A stretch of DNA of 35,388 bases from a virus. Where the stretch lies: IMG/VR virus record IMGVR_UViG_3300017755_000030; one strand, 5' to 3'. Both the position numbers and the translations under genes were made by a program. Numbering within the stretch: position 1 is the stretch's first letter; each line of letters begins with the position of its first letter. Below are positions 6,585 through 14,048 of the stretch, piece after piece. The notes under the pieces are model-generated. The model did not search any database, had not been told where the DNA came from, and worked only from the letters and a program-made list of their open reading frames with translations.

Positions 6585-8534
6585 ATGTTAAGCAATTTAA
6601 GGCAGGATAGCAAGTTCCCCACCGCGCATTGGGCAGAATGGGGCAACGAGATAGTCAAGCTCCTTAACCTAAAACAAACCAGCAAGGGCGAGCATCATGG
6701 GGCATGCCCGAATTGCGGCGGCAAAGACAGGTTTTGGATAAAGGAATTTAACGGCGAGGTCATGGTTAATTGCAGGCAGTGCAATGATTTTAAGGCCATA
6801 CAGGAAGCATTGCGCAGCCAAGGATTATGGCCGGACGCAAATAAAATGCCGGATCTTGCAAGGCCGCAAAATAAAGCCATAGAATGGCCAGCGCAGGGGG
6901 AACAAATAATGCCGGAAACCGAGCAAGCGCAGGAAACTCCAGACGCGGAAACGCACCCGTATCTCGTACGCAAAAACGTACAGCGTCATAACGCTATTAT
7001 TGACGGGCCTGATCTGCAAATACCAATCATAGACGTGACAGGCAGACGCCAAGGTGTGCAGTTTATCGACGAGGACGGCAAAAAGAAATTTTCGTATAAG
7101 ATGCCGGTCAATGGTAATTTCTCCGTGATCGGCGGGCCAATCAGGGATTTTGCATATATTGCTGAAGGCTGGGCAACGGCGGCTTCGATCGCGCAGGCAA
7201 CAGGTAAGCCAGTCGTGTTCGCGCTAAACGCGGGCAATATACATAAGGTCGTGGCGGGGCTTAGGGAAGCCAAGCCAAACGCAACGCTGATTGTGGCAGG
7301 AGATAATGACGAGGCTGGCATAAAAGCAGCGGAGCAAGCATTTGCTGAGCATGGCGTTGAATATATTTTGCCGCCAAGCGAAGGCACAGATTTCAATGAT
7401 CTTTGGGTTACGCAAGGGCCGGAGGCCACGCGTAAAGCATTGACCGTGCATAACTTGCTGGACGAGGTGTTTTTCCCAGAAGATGCGCAGGCCCAGCTTT
7501 CAAGAAATTATCTGGTCAAAAAATGGCTGGGCGAAGGGCAAATGTCTGTCCTATATGGGCCAAGCAACACAGGAAAATCATTCTTTGCGCTAGATATGTC
7601 GTGGCATGTGGCGGCAAGTAAGCCGTGGAACGGATGCAAGGTGCAAGGCGGCAGCGTGTTATATTTAGCAACAGAAGGCGGCAATGCGTTTCATAATCGT
7701 ATTGTTGCGCTGCGCCAGAAATATCCTGAGCATAAAGACGTCAAGCTTGCTGTCAGACCGTCGCCGGTCAATTTACTTGACCCAAACGCGGATCTTGAAA
7801 AGCTGGCCAAGCTGGTGCGTGAAGTATCGCGCAAGCATGGGCCGGTGCGTATGATCGTGGTGGATACGCTATCGCGCAGCATGGCGGGCGGCAATGAAAA
7901 TGCGCCGGATGATATGACCAGATTTATCGGCAATGTGGATGCGCTGCGCCAAGTGACGCTGGCGCATATTATGATCGTGCATCATAGCGGCAAAGATAAA
8001 GCAGCGGGCGCTAGGGGGCATTCAAGTTTACGCAGCGCAACGGACGCAGAGATTGAGCTTGACCACGACGCGGAGACGGGCATTCGCTACGCGATAGCCA
8101 CAAAGCAACGCGACATGGAAACAGGCGCAAGGTTTGATTTTGTGCTGGACGTTGTTGAGCTAGGGCAAGACGAAGACGGCGATGCCGTCACAACTTGCAC
8201 AATATCAGAGGCCAGCGCAGAGCAAATCGAGGAAGCCAGCAAGCCAAAGATAAGCGGCAAAAATCAGCTATTGCTGAAGCGGTGTTTTACGCAGCTGCGC
8301 GGTGAACGCGTCGGGCAACCAAACCCAGCAGGTGCAGGATTTCCCGAAGCAAGCGCCTACTGGACGATTGACGAGGAAGTTTTGCGGGATCATTTCAAGG
8401 GCAAAATTACCGGCGCAAGTAATCCGTGGCAATCATATACAAGGGCGCTTGATGCGCTAATTGCAGGCGGTCATGCGGTGCAAAATGAAGGTTTGGTGTG
8501 GTTTACGGCAAAAGATGGGCGCGTGAGGGATTAG
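6585..8534 (+). CDS. Bifunctional DNA primase / replicative helicase (P4-alpha-type zinc ribbon + Toprim + RepA/AAA_25 P-loop)
   Basis: CPNCGGKDRFW...CRQC zinc ribbon. Toprim AEGWATAAS ... VAGDNDEAG. Walker A GPSNTGKS. Walker B MIVVDTLS. HHSGKD motif. Confidence 0.9.
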   Translation: MLSNLRQDSKFPTAHWAEWGNEIVKLLNLKQTSKGEHHGACPNCGGKDRFWIKEFNGEVMVNCRQCNDFKAIQEALRSQGLWPDANKMPDLARPQNKAIEWPAQGEQIMPETEQAQETPDAETHPYLVRKNVQRHNAIIDGPDLQIPIIDVTGRRQGVQFIDEDGKKKFSYKMPVNGNFSVIGGPIRDFAYIAEGWATAASIAQATGKPVVFALNAGNIHKVVAGLREAKPNATLIVAGDNDEAGIKAAEQAFAEHGVEYILPPSEGTDFNDLWVTQGPEATRKALTVHNLLDEVFFPEDAQAQLSRNYLVKKWLGEGQMSVLYGPSNTGKSFFALDMSWHVAASKPWNGCKVQGGSVLYLATEGGNAFHNRIVALRQKYPEHKDVKLAVRPSPVNLLDPNADLEKLAKLVREVSRKHGPVRMIVVDTLSRSMAGGNENAPDDMTRFIGNVDALRQVTLAHIMIVHHSGKDKAAGARGHSSLRSATDAEIELDHDAETGIRYAIATKQRDMETGARFDFVLDVVELGQDEDGDAVTTCTISEASAEQIEEASKPKISGKNQLLLKRCFTQLRGERVGQPNPAGAGFPEASAYWTIDEEVLRDHFKGKITGASNPWQSYTRALDALIAGGHAVQNEGLVWFTAKDGRVRD

Positions 8535-8752
8535 GCGGCAAAGATAAGCGGGCTAACACTTAGTAACGTTTTGCAGGTTCAATGAAATCAATAGGTTAGC
8601 TGTTAAAATGGTAGTGAATGTTAGTAAATGTTAAGTGTATGTTAATAACTTTGGCTAAATGCTCTGCTAACTACCATTCTTAACAAAACCCTATAGGGTT
8701 GTTAAGAATGGTAAGTGATGCATAGCTGCGGTTTTGCCAAGGTTGAATTTGG
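8535..8752. promoter_or_regulatory. Candidate replication origin: AT-rich iteron cluster plus a long imperfect palindrome
   Basis: Three adjacent ATGTTA(G/A)-type repeats at 8617-8647. AATGGTA(A)GTGA repeated at 8607-8617 and 8707-8718. 15-bp inverted arms TACCATTCTTAACAA (8672-8686) and TTGTTAAGAATGGTA (8699-8713) flank the CCCTATAGGG palindrome. Confidence 0.45.
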
Positions 8753-9013
8753 ATGGATAAAAAGGATTTGGAAAAATGGTTGGATCGTATGTTTGCCGTG
8801 GGTAAAGCGGTGACTTATCCTTGTGGGCATTTTGTCGGGCGTGAATGGTGCAGGTCATTTAATGAAAAGCTGGCAAGCTGTTTGACGCTTGCCGAATTGG
8901 AGGGTTTCGCCAACCGGCGCAGGTTTGATCCAAACTTGCCGCGCTGGACGGCAGCAGAGCGCGCAGAAATATTGAAGCGCAAAATTAAATTGGAAAAGGG
9001 AAAACGGAAATGA
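8753..9013 (+). CDS. Hypothetical protein (86 aa, basic C-terminus)
   Basis: ORF with an ATGA overlap to the next gene. Weak RBS. Confidence 0.55.
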   Translation: MDKKDLEKWLDRMFAVGKAVTYPCGHFVGREWCRSFNEKLASCLTLAELEGFANRRRFDPNLPRWTAAERAEILKRKIKLEKGKRK

Positions 9014-9327
9014 ACACAGATACGACACGCGGCAAGGTGCTGGCGAAAGCGGGAACGCTGGTGCATGGGTCAAGGAATCGGGATTACGGGCCACCGCAAG
9101 AAAACTTTCAGCGCATCGCGGTCATGTGGAATGCGTACATTGCAGGCAAAGAAACGCTAACCGCGTCGGACGTGTGTATGATGATGGGCTTACTTAAGAT
9201 TAGCCGCGTCTCGCATCAGGTGGATGCTGACGGGTTCGTGGATTTGGCGGGATATGCTGCGCTTGGCGCGGAGTGTGCTGGGATAGATCTGGAAGATGGC
9301 GAGTGGAAGCCCGTAGAGGGGCCATAG
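9010..9327 (+). CDS. Conserved phage protein, DUF6378-like
   Basis: RNRDYGPPQENFQRIAVMWNAY...LTASDVCMMMGLLKISRV...D..VDLAGYAAL matches my recollection of this phage family pattern. Confidence 0.6.
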   Translation: MNTDTTRGKVLAKAGTLVHGSRNRDYGPPQENFQRIAVMWNAYIAGKETLTASDVCMMMGLLKISRVSHQVDADGFVDLAGYAALGAECAGIDLEDGEWKPVEGP

Positions 9328-9509
9328 AGGCGCGAAACGATGCGTTGGGCTAGGGTGGGTGCTGAATTTGGTTTATGCGGCTCTGTTCGGGGTTTTATGG
9401 GGCTTGTCTGTTGGACATAACTGGCGTAGGTTTTGTCTAACGTAGTTTCCTCCCTGTCTACGTTGCGTCGCGCCTTGATTTGCTCTTACCTCATATCAGC
9501 GACACACTT

Positions 9510-9548
9510 GACCATGTGAAGCAATTAGCTTTGCATGGTCTTTTTTTT
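9510..9548 (+). terminator. Rho-independent terminator
   Basis: GACCATG..AAGC-AATTA-GCTT..CATGGTC stem followed by T8 (9541-9548). Confidence 0.75.
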
Positions 9549-9564
9549 GGGATAGCGTGGGCAA

Positions 9565-9750
9565 ATGATAAAGCTAACGCTGATAATGCCGGTAGAAGAT
9601 AGCGAAGACGCGGAAGCTGAATTGGACGCGCTTGCAGAATATATTGAAGAACGCCTGACTGATGGGTCAAGCGTTCAACAAATTGCGCAAAGCATGGTAG
9701 AGGCTTTGGCAGGCTTGGCTGACGATGATGTCAGCGCAATGCTACATTAA
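9565..9750 (+). CDS. Small, very acidic protein (61 aa), function unknown
   Basis: ORF after the terminator. D/E-rich (VEDSEDAEAELDALAEYIEE). Weak RBS. Its stop codon shares a TTAA with the convergent gene. Confidence 0.4.
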   Translation: MIKLTLIMPVEDSEDAEAELDALAEYIEERLTDGSSVQQIAQSMVEALAGLADDDVSAMLH

Positions 9751-10061
9751 TCAGATTTTGCCGGACGTCCACGCGGCGCAGGCGGCCATTTTACATCATG
9801 CTCGGCAAAGCGTTCAAGCTGCCAGTCGCTCGGTTCTATCTCGAAGAATATGTTTTGCAATTCATGATAAGCGCTTTGCAGCTTGGCAACGTCCGACACG
9901 TAAAGGTCATTGCATTCGTTAAGCATCCAAACGCAATTCTGAATTGCGTCGAATGATTTTTGCAGCGCGTCGCGTTGATCTTCCTGTAGCGCGTCAAGAA
10001 ACTTTTTACGCGCTGCCATGCGGTTGGCTTGGTTCTGAAAGGTTTGTTTTTCGCTAGTCAT
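9747..10061 (-). CDS. Hypothetical protein (104 aa)
   Basis: Last ORF of the leftward module. Helical, coiled-coil-like composition. Confidence 0.6.
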   Translation of the reverse strand: MTSEKQTFQNQANRMAARKKFLDALQEDQRDALQKSFDAIQNCVWMLNECNDLYVSDVAKLQSAYHELQNIFFEIEPSDWQLERFAEHDVKWPPAPRGRPAKSD

Positions 10062-10064
10062 TTT

Positions 10065-10307
10065 TTAAACTCCTGTTTTGGTTAGCTGATGTTCGTGGAT
10101 ATCGAACGTGGTGGGGTTGCCCGTTTTGCTTTCGCGGGCCGATACTTCGATAGACGCCGCGCCAGAAAGCGCAAGCTGGTCATCAAAGTTATCGTTCATG
10201 ATCGTATAGCATTGCAGCCAATCGATCTGGTGAGAATCATTGGCAAGCTCGTTCCATTGATTGGCAATGGCTTGCGCTTGCGCCGGTGTGTACTGGTAAG
10301 AAAACAT
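10065..10307 (-). CDS. Hypothetical acidic protein (80 aa)
   Basis: ORF preceded by an AGGAG RBS. Confidence 0.6.
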   Translation of the reverse strand: MFSYQYTPAQAQAIANQWNELANDSHQIDWLQCYTIMNDNFDDQLALSGAASIEVSARESKTGNPTTFDIHEHQLTKTGV

Positions 10308-10424
10308 TTAAAAAGCTCCTGATAATATTGCCGCAATGATTGGCGCGGCAAATAGGGTTACGCCGCCCGCGATGTCATGCGGGCGAATTGATTTAATAAT
10401 TGCGATAAGCTCGGGGCGGGTCAT
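10308..10424 (-). CDS. Micro-ORF, 38 aa, hydrophobic C-terminus (MTRPELIAIIKSIRPHDIAGGVTLFAAPIIAAILSGAF)
   Basis: Hand translation. Fills the gap between two genes, and its stop abuts the next ATG. Weak RBS. Confidence 0.3.
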   Translation of the reverse strand: MTRPELIAIIKSIRPHDIAGGVTLFAAPIIAAILSGAF

Positions 10425-10433
10425 GCGGCTGCC

Positions 10434-11195
10434 TTAAAAATCAAGGTAAGCGTCACCGGCGATGGTCACGCTGGGGTTGTCGAGTGAAGCGCCGCAAGCT
10501 GTGGCAAACGCTAATAGCTCGCTGTCATCCGCACAATTGCCGTGTTCGTTTATCCACTCGCCATGCCAATAAAGATATTTTGTATCTTCCGCGCTGCAAT
10601 CGTCACCAGAAAAGCCGCAATCTTCGGTAAGCGCATTGTAAACTTCTGCGTGATCGTCCAGCTTAAATAGCTTTGCGTCAGTATAACCGCCGCGGACATC
10701 CGCGCCGCCGTGGATTTGAAGCAATAAATACTTTTCCTCGCCGTACTCGCCTTCACGCGTCAATTCTGCGCCTTGCAAAACTTGGCTATGGTTCGCGCCC
10801 CAATTATATGTGTTGAAGCTTTCGCCGTTGGGTTTAAATCCAACCATTTCCAACCATTCATGGCCGTCTATTGAAACGCCGTAATACTCGCCGCCGTGCT
10901 TCCAATCTTCCATCATCACAGAATTGAAGTTGTGGCATAGATCATCCAGCTCCAACGCGCCGCCGGTCAATAGGTGAAATACGTTTACGCGAGGCAGGAT
11001 TTCCGCGACAGTTTCGCCGCCGTATTCGCGCACATATATTTCCGCTGTCGCGCTTGGCATGGCGCGGAAGTCTTCGACAGTTTTGCCCGCGTTGCGTTGC
11101 CAAGCGCGGCCATTTCCGCCGCCGCTATCTAAGAAATGGGTTCCGGTGCTTTGTGTCAGCATAGCGGCAATAGTTTGCTCTAAGGTAAGTTTCAT
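10434..11195 (-). CDS. Hypothetical acidic protein (253 aa from MKLTLEQT...), family not recognised
   Basis: ORF 10434..11351 trimmed to the ATG at 11195, which is preceded by AAGGAGAA. Distinctive motifs FLDSGGGNGRAW and LLLQIHGGADVRGGYTD. Confidence 0.7.
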   Translation of the reverse strand: MKLTLEQTIAAMLTQSTGTHFLDSGGGNGRAWQRNAGKTVEDFRAMPSATAEIYVREYGGETVAEILPRVNVFHLLTGGALELDDLCHNFNSVMMEDWKHGGEYYGVSIDGHEWLEMVGFKPNGESFNTYNWGANHSQVLQGAELTREGEYGEEKYLLLQIHGGADVRGGYTDAKLFKLDDHAEVYNALTEDCGFSGDDCSAEDTKYLYWHGEWINEHGNCADDSELLAFATACGASLDNPSVTIAGDAYLDF

Positions 11196-11692
11196 TATAT
11201 TATTCTCCTTGTTTTGCGTTGATATCCAAGAGATATCGCAAGGATATACAGAGCGCAAGCATAAAATGCAATCAAACGCAAAAAAAAGTGACGCGCAACA
11301 CAGTGAGGCGCCGCCACGCAGACGCGCGCGCGAATACGCATTTTTTACCAAATGGTCAAATTTTATAAGATGACCAACTGGTCAAGATGCACCTAAAATG
11401 CAGCCATGACACAACCATAGGTAGGCATAAAATGCTAAGGCATTGTTATCGTTACACAATAAATTTAACATAATAAACATTATGAGATAAAGGCCATGCA
11501 TTCAGCGCAACACGGCCAGCTTTTACAGCTTGCAGGCGCAAAAACCCCCCCCGCCAAAGCTTTTCGCCGGTAGTGTTATTATTATACCCTCACACACACA
11601 AATCCCACATGTTCAGCTATACCCCCCCCTGCACCCCCCTTGCCTTCTTACGCCGCCCCACGTAAAATTTTGCAAAATTTGGGGAAAAGCAA
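11196..11692. promoter_or_regulatory. Large divergent intergenic hub (promoters/operators, possible packaging signal)
   Basis: Three 11-bp tandem GATAT(C/A) repeats at 11221-11253. TGGTCA/TGACCA sites at 11353-11384. GCATAAAATGC-type motif three times (11259, 11392, 11425). C8/C8/C6 tracts at 11545-11552, 11622-11629 and 11634-11639. (CA)5 at 11591-11600. AAATTTTGCAAAATTT palindrome just before terS. Confidence 0.6.
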
Positions 11693-12154
11693 ATGGCGGG
11701 CAGAGCGTTAAAAAAGCGCATACTAAGCGATGTGGCCAAGCGCGGTGGCATAGATTACATAACGGACAAGGTTGCATCAGGCGTGACTTTGGCCAAGCTT
11801 GCGGAAGAATATAATTGCAGCAGGTCTTACCTAAGCGCGGCCATTAATTCTGTGTCGGACTACCGCGAGGCTTTGGAGCGCGCTAGGAAAGACAGCGCCG
11901 ATGCTTTTGTTGAGGAAGGCTTGGCCATATTGGACGACCTTACGCACAAGCCTGACCTGACATCGACTGACGTTAGCTTGGCGCGTGAGCGTGTTCATCA
12001 TCGCCGGTTTATGGCAGGCTCTGCGAACGCTGACAGGTACGGCACGAAGCCTTCGGCTCAGGTGACGATTAGCTTGGGCGACATGCATTTGGATGCGCTG
12101 CGTAAGAATAGGTCAAGCATTATTGACGTTACGCCGGAGCTAGACAATGAGTGA
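11693..12154 (+). CDS. terS: Terminase small subunit (putative)
   Basis: 153-aa protein with an N-terminal HTH-like segment (VTLAKLAEEYNCSRSYLSAAI). Overlaps the terminase large subunit gene by 8 nt. Confidence 0.6.
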   Translation: MAGRALKKRILSDVAKRGGIDYITDKVASGVTLAKLAEEYNCSRSYLSAAINSVSDYREALERARKDSADAFVEEGLAILDDLTHKPDLTSTDVSLARERVHHRRFMAGSANADRYGTKPSAQVTISLGDMHLDALRKNRSSIIDVTPELDNE

Positions 12155-13553
12155 AGCACAGGCAAAACTGATGAAGGATTTTGTGACGCGGTACGCGCAA
12201 GATCCTGTGCGTTTTGTTAGGGAGATGCTTGGCGCTGAGCCGCTGCCATATCAGGCAGAGTTTTTGCAAGCCATTGCGGCTGGCGAGCGCAAGATTAGCG
12301 TAAGGTCTGGTCATGGCACGGGAAAGTCCACATCCGCGTCTTGGGCCATGCTTTGGTTTTTGTTATTGCGGTTTCCGAATAAGGTTGTTGTGACTGCGCC
12401 AACCAGCGGCCAGCTTTTTGATGCGCTTTTTGCCGAGCTTAAGCGTTGGATAAATGAGCTACCCAAGGAAATATCGCAGTTACTTACTGTGAAGTCGGAT
12501 CGCGTTGAGCTTGCCGCCGCATCGTCAGAGGCGTTTATATCGGCCCGCACCAGCCGTGCAGAGACGCCGGAGGCGCTGGCTGGCGTTCACTCAGAGCATG
12601 TTTTGCTGGTTGTTGATGAAGCTAGTGGTGTGCCTGAGAAGGTGTTTGAGGCTGCTGCTGGATCAATGTCGGGCCACAACGCGACCACGATACTTTTGTC
12701 TAACCCGACCAGATCCAGCGGAACGTTTTACGAAAGCCAGACAAAGATGGCATCTAGCTGGTGGACGCGTCGGTGGTCATGCGTAGATAGCCCGCTTGTG
12801 TCGGAAGAGTTCGTTGACGAGATGCGCGCAAGATATGGCGAACAGTCTAACGCGTTTTTGATAAGGGTCATGGGGGATTTTCCTCTTGCCGACGATGATA
12901 CGATTGTGCCGTATCATTTGGTGGAGAGTGCCATGAAACGTGATATTGAGCTTGCGCCGAATGCAAAGACTGTGTGGGCCATAGATCCGGCAAGATTTGG
13001 TAGCGACAGGACGGCGTTTTGCAAACGTGAGTCTAACGTTATAACGGAAGTTAAGTCGTGGCAGGGCTTGGATCTGATGCAGACCGTGGGCAGGGTGATG
13101 GCTGAGTATGAGGCGTTGCCGCCCAGCCAGCAGCCTGATGAGATACTTGTAGATAGCATTGGCGTTGGCGCTGGTGTGGTTGATAGGTTGCGTGAGCTAG
13201 GCGCGCCTGTGCGTGGTGTGAATGTTGCCGAGGCTCCCAGCATGGGCGAGACGTATAATAATTTGCGTACTGAGCTGTGGTTTAAGACAAAGGCGTGGCT
13301 AGAGGATCGTTCGTGTAAGCTGCCGGAAGATGATGACTTGCGGGCTGATTTGACTGCCATACGGTATAGCTTTACCTCGTCCGGCAAGATGCAAGCCGAG
13401 AGTAAGGATAGCATGCGCAAGCGTGGCTTGCGTTCGCCGGATTTAGCTGATGCTGTTTGTTTGACTATGGCGTCAGAAGCAGCGACGGCGTTGTCAGGCC
13501 CGATGCTGTCTTGGCGTGGCGCGATACGCAGGAATTTGCGCGGTATAGCCTAA
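12147..13553 (+). CDS. terL: Terminase large subunit
   Basis: Walker A SGHGTGKST. Walker B LLVVDEASG. C-terminal RNase H-like nuclease region (AIDPARFGSDRTA). Confidence 0.9.
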   Translation: MSEAQAKLMKDFVTRYAQDPVRFVREMLGAEPLPYQAEFLQAIAAGERKISVRSGHGTGKSTSASWAMLWFLLLRFPNKVVVTAPTSGQLFDALFAELKRWINELPKEISQLLTVKSDRVELAAASSEAFISARTSRAETPEALAGVHSEHVLLVVDEASGVPEKVFEAAAGSMSGHNATTILLSNPTRSSGTFYESQTKMASSWWTRRWSCVDSPLVSEEFVDEMRARYGEQSNAFLIRVMGDFPLADDDTIVPYHLVESAMKRDIELAPNAKTVWAIDPARFGSDRTAFCKRESNVITEVKSWQGLDLMQTVGRVMAEYEALPPSQQPDEILVDSIGVGAGVVDRLRELGAPVRGVNVAEAPSMGETYNNLRTELWFKTKAWLEDRSCKLPEDDDLRADLTAIRYSFTSSGKMQAESKDSMRKRGLRSPDLADAVCLTMASEAATALSGPMLSWRGAIRRNLRGIA

Positions 13554-13594
13554 TCTCGCTCAATATGTTACGCTGCGCGTAATTTATGGAGATT

Positions 13595-13711
13595 ATGATG
13601 CCTAAAGTTGGATCAAAGCACTACGCATATACGCCTAAAGGTATGGCGAAAGCCAAGGCCGCTGCCAAGAAGTCTGGCAAGAAGGTGTCATACGCGAAGA
13701 AGAAGAAGTGA
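13595..13711 (+). CDS. Micro-ORF, 38 aa, lysine-rich (MMPKVGSKHYAYTPKGMAKAKAAAKKSGKKVSYAKKKK)
   Basis: Hand translation. TGGAGA RBS. TGATG coupling to the next ORF. Confidence 0.45.
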   Translation: MMPKVGSKHYAYTPKGMAKAKAAAKKSGKKVSYAKKKK

Positions 13712-13896
13712 TGTGGACGGCGCTGCTTTTGCTTTGCAGCGTTGAGGGTAATTGCTTTTCGTTTGGCAGCCCCGTGATGCAAAGCGAGAGCCAGTGCATA
13801 CAGTCCATACCAAGCGGTTTAGAATATGCGCGGCAGATGTTTCCTGCATATCGCGCAACAGATTACAAATGCGTCCAGTGGGGCGAAGGAGCATAG
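13711..13896 (+). CDS. Small Cys-containing protein with a signal-peptide-like N-terminus (MWTALLLLCSVEG...)
   Basis: ORF 13708..13896, with the ATG at 13711 overlapping the previous stop. Hydrophobic N-terminus and 5 Cys. Confidence 0.4.
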   Translation: MWTALLLLCSVEGNCFSFGSPVMQSESQCIQSIPSGLEYARQMFPAYRATDYKCVQWGEGA

Positions 13897-13897
13897 G

Positions 13898-14047
13898 ATG
13901 CCGAAGAAGGGTTTATACGCTAATATCCACGCAAAGCGTAAGCGCATTGCTGCTGGGTCTGGCGAAAGGATGCGCAAGGTAGGCAGCAAGGGCGCGCCTA
14001 CCGCAAAGGCATTTAAGAAATCAGCTAAGACAGCAAAGAAGAAGTAG
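13898..14047 (+). CDS. Small basic protein (49 aa, MPKKGLYANIHAKRKRIAAGSGE...), resembling a conserved phage/giant-virus small-protein family
   Basis: GAAGGAG RBS before the ATG at 13898. The GLYANIHAKRKR motif is one I recall from marine phage small proteins. Confidence 0.55.
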   Translation: MPKKGLYANIHAKRKRIAAGSGERMRKVGSKGAPTAKAFKKSAKTAKKK

Positions 14048-14048
14048 C

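Noticed and set aside
9328-9509. tRNA or other structured housekeeping RNA in the non-coding gap.
   Set aside because: I could not find a cloverleaf with a GTTCGAATC-like T-loop or a matching acceptor stem. Only simple hairpins are visible.
11530-11814. 94-aa Pro-rich ORF spanning the poly-C tracts and overlapping terS.
   Set aside because: The proline runs are simply translated C homopolymers. It uses a non-ATG start in a non-coding hub and overlaps the better-supported terS frame.
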